A DNA stretch of 64,000 nt from Octopus vulgaris (taxonomy: Eukaryota): contig OX597814.1 of NCBI GenBank assembly GCA_951406725.2, forward strand, positions 125,240,001 to 125,304,000. The letters run 5' to 3'. Below, in pieces: positions 41,049 to 54,921 of this stretch. A program made the translations under genes and the position numbers. The notes beneath the pieces were generated by a model. The model was not told where the DNA came from and did no database searches. It saw nothing but the letters and a program-made list of their open reading frames with translations. Each line of letters opens with the position of its first letter. Within the stretch, counting starts at the first letter, position 1.

Positions 41049-41280
41049 TATTTCTTTACTACCCACAAGGAGATAAACACAGAGAGGACAAACAAGAACA
41101 GACAAACGGATTAAGTCGATTATATCGACCCCAATGCGTAACTGGTACTTAATTTATCGACCCCGAAAGGATGAAAGACAAAGTCGACCTCGGCGGAATT
41201 TGAACTCAGAACGTAACGGCAGACGAAATACTACTCAGCATTTCGCGTGGCGTGCTAACGTTTCTGCCAGCTCGCCGCCT
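41049..41280 (-). mobile_element. SINE family B inserted in an older family B copy, 16-bp TSD
   Basis: TGGGGTTGACG(C/T)AATC at 41033-41048 and 41281-41296. Confidence 0.85.
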
Positions 41281-41947
41281 TGGGGTTGACGTAATCGACT
41301 AACACCTCACCTCAAGATTGTTAGCCTTGGGTATCACATATAAACCTGAATGTACCAAATTGTCAGGCCTGAAAAGCTAGGAATTTTATTTCATTTGAAC
41401 TACTTGTGGGGGAAAAAAAAAAGAGATGGATACAACCGTAGGTTACTGAGTGAATGTAAAATGTTTTCAATCTCCAGGTGAAGCTTATCTCTATCTTTTA
41501 CACCACTAACGTCCCCCAGGAAAAACAGAACAACTTGCTATTTTCCACTCTGTTTGGTGCTTAGTTTCAGAAGAAATCAATTTTTTATAATAGCTGGTCA
41601 GCATCCAATAGCAATCATTGATCTCGTTTACTAGCACCATTAGTACCATAGAGAAAGGCATGGAGAACACTGTATCGTATTTCCCTTTACGTACACACAC
41701 ACACGCACACGCACACACACGTACACGCCCCGCTACACACACACACACATACACACACACACGCATATATATCGCTAGATCATGGGTTCGCTTCCCAGAC
41801 AAAGTGGGGCGTTGCGTTTTCGAGCAAAACACTTCATTTCACGTTGGTCCATTCCGCTCACCTGTGAATGGGAAACACTGTAACAGAATAACTGGATTGT
41901 GGCCAGCGTTGTATCACAACATGCGATAGTCTGATCGGTAGCGATAG

Positions 41948-42240
41948 CGTGGCTTAGTGGTTAGGGTAATCGGCTCACGATCGTAAGTTCGTGAGTTCGA
42001 TTCCCGGCGGCGCGTTGTGTACTTGAGCAAGACACTTCATTTCTTGTACCAGTTCACTCACTATCTGTAATTCAAAGGACCGGCTTTGTCACATTCTCTG
42101 TCACGCTGAATCTCCCCGAGAACTACGTTAAGGGTATACGTGTCTATGGAGTGCTCAGCCACTTGCGCGTAAATTTCAGGCTGTTCCGTTGATCGGATCA
42201 ACTGGAACACTCATCCTTGAAACCGGCAGAGTGATAGTTA
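41948..42240 (+). mobile_element. SINE family C
   Basis: gtggcttagtggttaggg head, gagttcgattccc B box, ttgagcaagacact. Confidence 0.75.
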
Positions 42241-42420
42241 CCGATAGTGTGATATATATATATATAACTTAGCTGTTCGGCAAAGGAGACTGATAGAATA
42301 AGTACTAGGGTTACAAAGAATAAGTCCTGGGGTCGATTTGTTCGGCTAAAGGCGGTGCTCCAGCATATCCACAGTCAAATAACTGAAAAAGTAAAAAGAG
42401 TAATATGTATATATATATAT

Positions 42421-42451
<31 letters not shown>

Positions 42452-42887
42452 TACTCTTACTCTCTATATAGTAAAAGAGTATATATATATATATATATAT
42501 TACTCTTTTACTTCTTTCGGTTATTTGACTGTGGATATGCTGGAGCACCGCCTTTAGCCGAACAAATCGACCCCAGGACTTATTCTTTGTAACCCTAGTA
42601 CTTATTCTATCAGTCTCCTTTGCCGAACAGCTAAGTTACGGGGACGTAAACACACCAACATCGGTTGTCAAGCATTTATAAGGGTTCTTTATATTCCGAG
42701 GTCAACTTTGCTTTTAGCCCTTTACGGGGTCGATAAAATAAAGTACTAGTCACGTACTGACGTAATCGACTAACACCTCTCCTCAAGGTGGTTAGCTTTG
42801 GGTATCACTTTCAGATCATTAATATAACCATGAATGCACTGAATTGTCAGACACATAAACATATGCATATACATACATACACACCTT

Positions 42888-42979
<92 letters not shown>

Positions 42980-43118
42980 TATTACAATATATAAAAGGGC
43001 TTAGTAAAATAAATACTTTGCCGCATACTGAACTCATTAGAAATAGCAGCTAAAAACTTTTTAAAAACCATTTCTAATACTTAAAGAAAATCTCTCTCGT
43101 ATAGTGTTTGGTACTCAA

Positions 43119-43293
43119 TGGGGTAAAGACATAAAAAAATCAAATGCAAAAGGTTATTTGAGAACGTACGTTTAGTCATCAAGACACTTCTATCATCAGC
43201 TCTGAGCTGATGATAGAAGTGTCTTGATGACTAATCTTGAAACGTACGTTCTCAAATAACCTTTGCATTTGATTTTTTTATGTCTTTACCCCA
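43119..43293. repeat. Near-perfect palindrome, probable Penelope-like inverted pLTR remnant
   Basis: Arms of about 85 bp centred on 43203; contains the hammerhead-like relic ttgatga..gaaacgtacgt. Confidence 0.65.
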
Positions 43294-43566
43294 AACTTTA
43301 GCTAAGTTACGGGTTGACGTAAACACATCAACATCGGTTGTGAAGCATTTATAAGGGTTCTTTATATTCCGAGGTCAACTTTTTTTAGCCCTATTACGGG
43401 GTCGATAAAATGTACTAGTCACGTACTGACGTAATCGACTAACACCTCTCCTCAAGGTTGTTAGCTTTTATATCACTTTAGATCATTAATATAAACCTTA
43501 ATGGTCACTGAATTGTCAGATACTGAACACTTGGTGAAATTAATTAACAACACACAACACACACAC

Positions 43567-43604
<38 letters not shown>

Positions 43605-43608
<4 letters not shown>

Positions 43609-44187
43609 AGATAAGAAAATGGAGAAATACATCTAAATCAAATATCAATTACCAGATAATACTCAATCACATACTTTATTAAACCACCACATACGAGACT
43701 GTAGGGTTAAATATAAAAAGCAGAACAAATCAGTATTCTTATCTACATGGCCGAAACAGCTGTAAGATGTAATCTATACTTATATTTATATTTACTTATA
43801 TTTATATTCTCTTTTATATATATTCTACTTATTATACAACATTACTCTTTTATGTACACTTTTTTATGTACATTCCTTTATGTACACTGATTTATTCTGC
43901 TTTTTATATTTAACCCTACAGTCTCTTATGTGGTGGTTTAATAAAGTATGTGATTGAATATTATCTGGTAATTGATATTTGATTTAGATGTATTTCTCCA
44001 TTTTCTTATCTTGTATTAGTAATTTGTGGTAAATCATTTTACCTTTGCCCATATAATACATTAAATGAATTGATTGCATCGCAATCATTAACATTTATGT
44101 ATTAACTTTGTTGGATACCTCACTAGCAGTATATTGGATGTATGTTATCCCATGGAGGGTTGCATTTACAACCCCTATCTCAATTTG

Positions 44188-44190
<3 letters not shown>
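43605..44190. mobile_element. Penelope-like remnant with inverted arms of about 125 bp, in (TA)n
   Basis: 43605-43729 is an inverted match to about 43887-44014; internal ccgaaacagctgtaag; (TA)n on both sides. Confidence 0.55.
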
Positions 44191-44223
<33 letters not shown>

Positions 44224-44224
<1 letters not shown>

Positions 44225-45592
44225 TAGCAGAATTGCCCGATGATGCTCGGGGCTGAATTGCTTGAAAGTACTGTTAATGATTGCACTGAATTATGATGAT
44301 TATTCAGGCAAATATTGATATAAGTTTACGGCGAATGAATGTATTTGTAAGTGTATAGAAAGCCCCGAATATGTACGTATGCATGTATATATATGTATGT
44401 ATGCCTGTATATATGTACAAAATCCACTGAGAAGGCTTTTGTTGGTCTGAAGCTACAGCAGAAGACACATGCCAAGTCACCACACAGTGGGACTGAACCC
44501 AGGACCATGTGTTTGGAACGTAGTTTGCTACCACACAGCCACACCTGCCCCTATGTATGTGTGTGTGTGTGTGTGTGCGTATGTGTGTATGGGTATATAT
44601 ATTATGCATGTATATATGTGTATATATATGTGTGTACATATTACATGTACATCTATATAAATACATCTACACATAAAATACAAAATACAAAGTTATGTCT
44701 TGATATCGCTAGTGATAACAATACTCAAAATATATAACAGACTGGAATTGTAGGCCCGTCTCTTGCAATTTCGATCAATTGGATCTTGTCCTCCCTCTTG
44801 TATAGAAGTGTACGGCTGCAGCGAAATTCATTTTTGGACTTTCTTCTATCGAAGGCATTTTAAGAAAAATGCTTCCGTAAAGACGGTGAAAATATTGTCA
44901 ATTTCCCCAAACAGGGACACAATTCAATTTTTAAACAATAACCAAAGCCCCTTCTCCGAAAGGGGAGGGTTACGGTTTACAATTATTTAACAAATGCAAC
45001 ACAACAACGTTTCCCTGACGAGGAACCAACAAACGTGATTACAATAGTCAAACAGTAATAATAATAACAACAAACCTTTTTAATTTATCCCCATTTATGT
45101 GAAACTACTTATTCAAGTTCAAGTCATTGATGCAATTTTATACGAATTGCTAATACACACACACACATAATAAGTGTGAAAAATTGAATATTAATTTGAT
45201 TAATATGAATTGAAAACCAGTGGTGTAGCATATAAGACCATAGCGGATCTTCTTCTAGCAAAAAGGATGACCAGTATTAATGGCTCATCCCTGTTATATA
45301 AATACTTTCACTTTAATTGTTGCACACTTGCAAAGAGAAAGTAGGAGAAACTGTGGTGGTAATGGAAGGAGTGAAGCACTTCAAATGAGAGAGGCAAATC
45401 GTAAAATATTGAGTTTTCTCGAATTTTTGCTTAATTGGGGGTCAAATTGAAAAAAACTTTACATGCCATGACCCGATCGAATCTACTTGGAAAAATCATA
45501 GGTAAATTCCAATTGAAGAAATTCTATATTGTAGAATTGTATTAAAAAGAAACACGGGAACAGGCAGAGAAAATCTGCCTTTTATCATAAGA
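44224..45592 (-). mobile_element. Non-autonomous Helitron (with a nested SINE A head at about 44420-44551)
   Basis: The minus strand starts A|TC at 45592 and ends with hairpin cccga/tcggg (44236-44251) plus CTAG|T at 44224, inserted in (TA)n. Confidence 0.65.
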
Positions 45593-45619
45593 TATATATA
45601 TATATTTATATATATATAT

Positions 45620-46245
45620 GAAGAAAAACAACTTGTTTAAATCTCTCAGCGAGACATACAGTAACAGTTCCGAAAAGTAAAGTTTATATGCCAACAGAAT
45701 ATGGTGGTCCTTTAAAGGACGATGTTGCTGTTGTCTAATCTCCAGGAAAACATCTTTTTCAGCTGTCTATCGATATACAGTCTGTGTCCGTATAATTTGT
45801 AAGGAGGTCATCGCTCTCAACTCCAGCCTTACGTGATACTCACAGATCATGGTTTCTGAGTGGTTGCTCGTCCTCAGTGTGAGAGAATCACTGGCTGTTG
45901 ATGAAATCTTTCTCCACTCGCAAACACTATATATTCTTTAAGCGACACACAGTTACTGATCCCGTATAGAGGAAAACAACTTGTTTTAAATGTCTGAGCT
46001 AGAGATATAAATTAACAGTACCGAATAGTAAAGTTTATTTGCCAACAGAATGTGACGGTAACCACTCAGAAATCATGGTCTGTGAGTATCACGTAAGGTT
46101 GGAGATGGGAGCGATGACCTCCCTTGCAAACACTATACGGGCACAGACTGTGTGTCAATAGCCAGCTCGAAAAGATGTTCCCAAGGGCTTAAGCAACATC
46201 GTCCTTTATTGGACCACCACATTCTGTTGGCAAATAAACTTTACT
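45620..46245. mobile_element. Penelope-like pseudo-LTR array (direct and inverted copies)
   Basis: 45620-45700 is repeated directly at 45970-46052, and 45676-45865 is inverted at 46059-46245. Carries a minimal hammerhead. Confidence 0.65.
45839..45883 (-). ncRNA. Minimal type I hammerhead ribozyme motif
   Basis: Minus strand CUCACA-CUGAGGA-C-GAG caacca CUC-A-GAAA-C-CAUG-A-UC-UGUGAG: stem I, core boxes and stem II. The second copy at 46068-46080 gives a consensus stem III of ACCAUGGU. Confidence 0.55.
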
Positions 46246-47664
46246 ATACATATATATATGGAAAGATGGAGTGTATTTCCATGTGGGAAAAATATAGGAG
46301 AATTTGTTTTGGGATTTGAAAATGCACCTGAATCTCAAAACGTGGAGTCGTAAATTTTGCTGGAGATTTATTTACATACCAAACAGGTTTCGACAAAATT
46401 TGCTTATGAAATTTTACAAATACGTTTAAGCGAACAATTATTCAAATGTTCACAGAAATTTCAGTTTCTCGGGGATACATATACATGCAGAGAGAAAGAA
46501 AAGTTCACTTTAATAAATTTTAATTACTTTCTCCTCTCTATATGTGTTTAGTTTAAGAAGAGAGAACAGAAAACCTAAGTATATTCCTCAGTATCTTAAC
46601 TAGTGAGGTATTTTATAGATCCGGAAGAATGAAATGTAAAGTCGATTTTCAAAAGAATATGAATTCAGCATATGAAAGGACATGAGTGGCACCACAAATC
46701 CGTCGCTTATTACCATCTTATTAACTCCTTACTGCTTTATCTGACATCTTTATTTTCGTATATGAATGCTTATAGTGAGAAGATTATGATGGACCAAAAT
46801 TCAAGCTTTCTTTTCATGACTCGGGAGTTACGAAAATTTCAATCGACCAATGCTAGATTTTAATGTAGAGCGCTGTAGCAGGTGCAGTTTCATTTGTCTG
46901 CAACCCTAGAAGACACAGACCGAGCGGAGCGGTTTATAGTTTTGTGCTTATCGGTGAAAATAGTGATGTTTCCGCTAATCAACGAGCTGTAAACAGAAAA
47001 CCATGCGGCCGCCTGCTTTTGCAGGGACATAGTTAAATGAAATCGACCCCGCTAAAGTGTATTCGCAGGTTAAAATGATAAAATACATTAACCTCGTCCA
47101 TAATAAGTATTTCCATATGAATAAAATAGTCTTTTCTTTGACGCTAGTCTTTACACTTAACTTTCAAACACGGACGGTCTTTAATGAGTAATTATCCGAT
47201 AGCATGCTAGGAGACAAAAGTCAACAAAGAATATTGATTGTCATACTACTTTTTAAAAATTATTAAAAAATAGTTTTAAAAATGTTATTATTTTCATAAG
47301 TTTTGGCAGCTAGGACATGGAGAAAAGTTATGTAACTGCCCCAAGATCAGAAATCTTGGAATGCAATATGAATACATACAGGTGGTGTTACCCTGAATCT
47401 AATGTAGTCTTGTTAAACATAACGTACATCGGGTAGAATGGAGACTCAAGTACATCTTACCGTCCATGTTAACACTTTCTCCTAGTCCATGCAGTCCCTT
47501 AGCAGAATTTGTTCTCCCACTGGCATACGCACCAGGCTACCGGTAGGTTGCTATCCTTACCTCACAGATCACTGGCAACCCCAACGTTTCCTTTAATGCC
47601 AAAGTAATAATACACACACACATACACACACACACACACATACATACATACATACATACATACA

Positions 47665-47700
<36 letters not shown>

Positions 47701-47718
47701 TAAATACATATATTATAA

Positions 47719-47763
<45 letters not shown>

Positions 47764-48082
47764 AGACACTTCTGCACTTCTGAAATCTAATGCCCCTGAA
47801 CTCTGCTCCGACCTAGACCTCTATATTTAAGCGCTTATTAACACGTAAACCACACCCTATTTTTCTTTTGGCTACAAATCTTTCAGCCCTTATCATTGCT
47901 ACCCAAGTTACTGAGTTATTCCCTCTCGAATTTAAACATCTGTGCACAAGTAGATTTCACTTCCTTCGTTATTCACCTCCCTTACTTGGATATCAGCAAC
48001 AAAGACTTACAATTAATCTTACCAAATGTTTCCTTCTTCTACTCCTCCAAATTTTCATCTACCTCCTCTTCTTATTTATTCA

Positions 48083-48662
48083 TTGCCCACAAGGGTTTAA
48101 ATATAAAGGGGACAGGCAAGGACAGACAAAGGGATTAAGTCGATTACATCGACCCCAGTGCATAACTGGCACTTAATTTATCGACCCCGAAAGGATGAAA
48201 GGCAAAGTCGACCTCGACAGAATTTCAACTCAGAACGTAAAGACAGACGAAATGCTTATTTCTTTACTGCCCACAAGGGGCTAAACACAGCGGGGACAAA
48301 CAAGGACAGACAAACGGATTAAGTCGATTATATCGACCCCAGTGCATAACTAGTACTTATTTAATCGACCCCGAAAGGATGAAAGGCAAAGTCGACCTCG
48401 GCGGAATTTGAACTCAGAACGTAGCGGCAGACGAAATACCTGTTTCTTTACTACCCACAAGGGGCTAAACATAGAGGGGACAAACAAGGACAGAGAAACG
48501 GGTTAAGTCGATTACATCGACCCCAGTGCGTAACTGGTACTTATTTAATCGACCATGAAAGGATGAAAGGCAAAGTCGACCTCGGCGGAATTTGAACTCA
48601 GAACGTAACGGCAGACGAAATACCGCTAAGCACTTCACCCGGCGTGCTATCGATTCTGCCAG
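48083..48662 (-). mobile_element. Trimeric tandem SINE family B
   Basis: Three head-to-tail units of about 180 bp; only the rightmost has the tRNA-like head. Confidence 0.85.
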
Positions 48663-49204
48663 GTTTACCTCCTCTTCTGCTCTCCGTACTCCTTGATCCA
48701 TCAAAAATTCATCCACCCTGTCCCCTCATTCTCCACACACATTAACTACACTAATTAATGAATTACCTGCTCTTAATCTCTTGAACCCGCGATTGCACTT
48801 TAGCCGGCATGATTTCGTTTGACAAATACCCCTACAAAAGCGAACGGCCACTGACCCACTAATTAGCGGAGACATCGATATTTTCAACCGTAATCACAAA
48901 GCCATGAGGCTGTCCAGTCCTTCGTCACCAAAATGTCAGCACACTAGATTTCTCTCCATTCTTTTTTTTTTTTTCTTTTGGCAGCTATCTGCATGCAACT
49001 GTTCAAGATGAACGTCAACTGCGACAATCTCAGGAACCACGGAAAGATTGTGAATGTCATGGACACAACTCTTTATTCCGCACAAAACCGATCAATAAAC
49101 AAATAAATAACAATAATTTAATTTCGATTAGATTTCGGGTATTTTCGTTATTATTAATTAGTTTAAAACAAAAACCATTATTACATTATTAATTAATTAG
49201 TTTA

Positions 49205-50160
49205 AGACGGCGAGCTGACACAACTGTTAGAGCGTCAAAAAAAAAACGCTCAACGGTATTATGCTTGTTCCGGCTCTTTACATTATGAGTTCAAATCCCT
49301 CTGGGCTCAATTTTACCCTTTCATCCTGTTAGGTTTAATAAAATAAAGTACCTGTCAAGTACCGAAGTCGATAGCATCGCCTAAGTTTCTCCTCTTCAAA
49401 ATTACTGGTCGTGCATATTAGTTTAAAGAAGAAACCTTTACTATTAGCTAAACCCCCTATTAATTAGCATAAGGTGACGGCGAGCTGGTGGGATCGTTAG
49501 AGCATCGAGGAAAATGCTTTGCAGTATTTGCTTCAGCCCTACATTTTGAGTTCAAATCCACCCGAAGTCAACTCTATATTTCATACTTTCGGAGTCAATA
49601 ACACAATATCAAGTACTGGGATTACTGGTATCAGCTTATCACCTCCAACGACGTCACCTCGATATCGCTGGTTTTACTCCTAGATTAGAAAACATTATTA
49701 ATTAATTATAAAAAGTTTGTTAAAAACAATGATTATTAGAAATAATAATTATTTTTTAAAATGAATTGTTAGAATCAATTAATTAGTTAGGAGACTGGGG
49801 AAATGTTAGAATCGGTAGTGGTGGCGGAGTGATTAGTGGAGAGTCGGACAAACTATCTTGTGATATTTAATCACATGTCCATTTATTTTCTGAGTTCAAA
49901 ATGTACTGAGGGCGATTTTGCACTTGTGTTCTTCCTTCCAAGATTGATAAGAGATTGAAACAGTGAGTGTGGTTGATGTCCTACTTGAACACCTACAGCT
50001 TACTGACGATATTTTTTTCTGGCTTTTTATTATCTCAGTTCAAACCCCACTGAGGTCAGCTATGTCCTTCATCTCTCTGGGATTGATAAAATAAAGTACC
50101 AGTTATCGACTAACCTTCCTGAAACAAACAAAATAAATGCTGGTCTCCAGCTTAAATCAG
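49205..50160 (+). mobile_element. Cluster of old family B SINE copies
   Basis: Repeated ggcgagctg..gttag / gagttcaaatcc / ttcatc / aaataaagtacc remnants. Confidence 0.65.
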
Positions 50161-51656
50161 AAACAATTGCTAATAACTCACATCTTGATATTTTAGTAAT
50201 TAATGTCAGTTCATTAACCTTGTATTATTAGGTAAATGATTTATGTCAATCATAAGTTTTGTTTACCGTTTAATAAGTAATCTTTCGTGGCTACAGCGGT
50301 TTCGGAGGAAAGAGCGACTGAATTTTCATTAATTGATAAATATTAATTAAGCCTTTAAACCTGATCTTCAACCCAAGCAGCTGAAAAAGGCTCTCATGGG
50401 TTTAATTTCACAACAGATATTTGTCCGTATATTTTTTGTATTTAGAAAGGAAATAGTAAAGTCTGTACGCGCACCACCATCGCTCCCTCTCTCTTTCTTC
50501 TTTCCCTCCTCTCTCTCGTTCCCTCCTCTATCTCCTTCCCTCTCCTTCCCTCTCTCCCTCTTCTTTCCCCTATCTCTCTCTCTCTCTCTCTCTCCCCTAA
50601 AATATATTGGACATGAAAATCTATTGGTCTGCATGAGATTACATTGGGCGCAAATATATAGTGTCCCAATAACACGAGATAGACACCAAACAGATATTGG
50701 ATAGGTAGGGTGTTGGTCAATGTGGGGCCAATTCTGTTAAAACACTAAATACATCTGCTACAGCCAGAGGCAGGACACACAAACACATTCATAGAAAACC
50801 TTTTTTAACCACTAGGATGGGTAATTTATACTATAGACTACCCTAGTAATTTCTAGAAGTGGGTTCTATGAAAGCTTTGTAAAGCGAAACGTTAGTGTCT
50901 ATCGAATAAATTTTAACAGAAATCCCTGATAGAGTACGTCTGTCTAATTTAATCAATCGACAAACGGAAAATTAAATAATTCAAACGCCGGAGTATATTT
51001 AGTGTATCGACAACAACTTTATTTCATTTTCAAATAAAATATAAAAAGATTTCCAGTTTGCGTATCAACACATTCATATTACAACAGCTGTAAATAAAAT
51101 TTCTTTGCAAAGACAGATCTGACATGTTATCTGAAATTTAACATTTACTGGATGGAAAATGAGAGAAATTCTCTGATCAAGTCACTTTAAGGAAAATATT
51201 GGAATATAAACTAGTGATGAAAGGTCACACAACATATTGTATTTCAATTCAGTATATTGGGTAGCTAATTATAAAACTGAAATCAGTATTTACATCCAAT
51301 AAGAGGTTAATTAAACTTAGTTAAGTTTCTTGAGAAGACATAAATTAGCAATTGTGATCGATCTTTGACTGCAGATGATAGATAGAAAACAAAAACAAAA
51401 AATAAGTGATATTATTTCAAAGTTGGCAAATTATAGTCTACAAGCAGGTCGATGGTGAGTATTTGATCAAATAGATTTTGATTATAGTTTCTCCTACGCT
51501 ACACCTTATATATATGTGTGTCTCTCCTCTTCACCATCTCCTCATAATTTTTCTTCTTCTTCGCCTTCCTAACCTATCTCCTAATACACACACACAAACA
51601 CGAACGCACAAGTACGCGTGCTAATTCCACAAATACATGCATACATACACACACAG

Positions 51657-51740
<84 letters not shown>

Positions 51741-52036
51741 GAAGTGAGGCGAGGGAGAAAGAGGGAAACAAGAAAAGATGAAATTAGATAAAAAGAAATG
51801 GAATGGTCAAAAAAATCTATGTATATGTATATATATGTCTATATTATATATGCTGATATGTGTAAACAGGTCTATTTCACTTTCTCTACCCCGTCCCTTA
51901 TATATATTAACATATAAAGCTGATATCAAATATATACATACATACATACATACATATACATATATATATATATACATACACATATGTATATGCGTATATA
52001 TATATGTGTATGTATATATATATATATGTATGTATG

Positions 52037-52122
<86 letters not shown>

Positions 52123-52209
52123 AATATATGAAATTATATGATATATATGCATATACGTAAATATATATATATCAAATATATAAAATTATATGATATATAT
52201 TCATATACG

Positions 52210-52245
<36 letters not shown>

Positions 52246-52279
52246 TATATATATATATGTACTCACACACACACGCATG

Positions 52280-52324
<45 letters not shown>

Positions 52325-52771
52325 ACCAGCACATACATAACCATGAGTTATGTTAGCACAGCGGGAATAAATGTATGCTTATTAAACGGACGCGCGTAAA
52401 ATTTTCAGCAGCTTATCCATAAACATCGTGTATGTATATATATGTTTGTATATGGAAAAATAGAGTGAGAGAGAGAATGAGGGAGGGAGAGAGAGAGAGA
52501 GGGAGAGAGAGAGAGAGGGAGAGAGAGCAAGAGAGCGAGAGAGCGAGAAAGAGAGTGAGAGAAAGGGGTGGGGCACTGGTGTGAAGAGTCAATAAATACT
52601 GAAGTACTACCAATATATTCCAAGACGAAATCGAACGAAGAAATTTCATTATTGCCAAAATGCCGCATTTCTATCCTGAATGTGCCCTATCACCAAGCTG
52701 TGTCTATAATCAGCAGTTTTAGAACCCAGCTGACGTTGCTATTTTGATATATATATAGATACACACACCCA

Positions 52772-52856
<85 letters not shown>

Positions 52857-52889
52857 ATTATATACATATATATATACATATATATATAT

Positions 52890-52937
<48 letters not shown>

Positions 52938-53037
52938 GTATTTATATATTATATATGTAAATGTATGTATATACATGTATCTATATACATATATATGTGT
53001 GTACATACATCTATATATATATATATGCATATATGCA

Positions 53038-53072
<35 letters not shown>

Positions 53073-54258
53073 TTATATATACGTTCATATGTGTACGTAT
53101 GCGTCTACATGTAATGCGTGTGTGTGTATACGTGCACATGTACATACATGCCCACATGCACACACATACATATATTTGCATATGTACATATATATATATA
53201 AATATATATACACGTGCTGGCGCACACACTTACACACACTCGTACACATGTATGTATGTATGTATGTATGTATGTATGTATGTATGTATGTATGCATGTA
53301 TGTATAACATTATCACCTCCAAATAACCCTCAGCTTATTGTGCACGAATATATACATATATGTTTTTAAATTTCAATCACTTCTGTTTATTTTCCCTTAC
53401 TATGAAGTCCTCCCTTCAGTTCACTCTATTGACTTTTTTTCTATAATTAATGTTCAACATAAACTAAAATTAAAGCTAGGTAAAGATTTAAAAGAGGAAA
53501 TTACGTAAACACTGGCGTATTTCAAGTAACCAATCAAACTCTCGAGAAACTGACGGACAGCCATATTTGACGGCTGAACAGCTAGTTCTCTGTTCAATAA
53601 CTTATCTTCTCGCAGCCATGTTGCTTGAGTATAACCACTATTTATCTAATTTGTACACGAGCCAAAACTCTATCAAAACATCATATTTCTATTTCCAAGT
53701 AAACTAAATCAATAACTAGTTCGATAAAGAACTTGTGAGGTCATGTCGACTTTCAATAAGCGGCACATGTTGGAAACGACCCGACTCTCTCAGAAGACAA
53801 GTTCTTCAGTGGAATCGCTCCTTGCGTAAACGAGCAGACGAGAATGCAGATTGGGTGGAAACGGGTAAGGAGTAGTTGTTAATCGTTGCTAAGGAGATAA
53901 ATCTGAAATAGTTTAAGAAGGCTTAAATAGGATTTGGTATTGTATATACATTGGTAGACGTGAATCGACATGTATTAACTTGCAATGATAAGAAACAAAA
54001 CAAGTTAGTAAGTCAACAACTGGACTCAGGGAATTGCTGCAATAAATAAAACATCAACTGTTATTTAAATACAACTATCAATGGCTATTAGTCTCCAAAT
54101 ATGTACATGCAAGTTTGAGTGAATGAGTAAGAGAGAAAGAGTGGGAAAAAAAGGAGAGAGTGGGGAGAAAGGAAATCAGGAGATCAGAATGACGAAAGCC
54201 GTTAAATGAATTGACGGTTCCGTTTCAAATCTCAGTTGGGAGAGATTCTTTTCATTTA

Positions 54259-54399
54259 TGCCTCAAATAAACTTACCGCACCTTTGCCGATAGTTATATT
54301 CGATCAGCCTGTTTCACTAATATCGTTATATATATATATATAACGATATTAGTGAAACAGGCTGATATCGGCAAAGGTGCGGTAAGTTTATTTGAGGCA
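54259..54399. repeat. Near-perfect palindrome centred on (TA)n
   Basis: tgcctcaaataaacttaccgcacctttgccgat..atcagcctgtttcactaatatcgt(TA)n and its reverse complement; one arm lacks about 10 bp. Confidence 0.85.
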
Positions 54400-54473
54400 C
54401 AAATATATACCGTATTCATTTAATATATCTCCTATTTTCTATCACCTCTCCTTTTTCCCACTCTTCTCTCTTA

Positions 54474-54521
<48 letters not shown>

Positions 54522-54546
54522 TATATACACATATATATATATATAT

Positions 54547-54603
<57 letters not shown>

Positions 54604-54817
54604 TACACACACATACACACATATATAGGGAAAAATAAGTTCAAAAGAGAACAATTCAAACTTTTTGAGAGGTCCAAAAAGAGAGAAAGAATGATTTCTA
54701 ATAAAGATTCATCGTATTCATAGAAAAAAAAACAGCCAGAGCAAGTAATAAGAATATGAAAACAGAAGTTGAAAAATATCGTTATAGGTATAAACAATTA
54801 TAGACAACTACACACAA

Positions 54818-54854
<37 letters not shown>

Positions 54855-54921
54855 CATACATACATACATACATACATACATACATACATAAATACATACA
54901 TACATACATACATATGTATAT

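Noticed and set aside
48083-48662. Regularly spaced repeats resembling a CRISPR array
   Set aside because: The whole unit of about 180 bp is repeated with no unique spacers; it is a tandem SINE in eukaryotic DNA.
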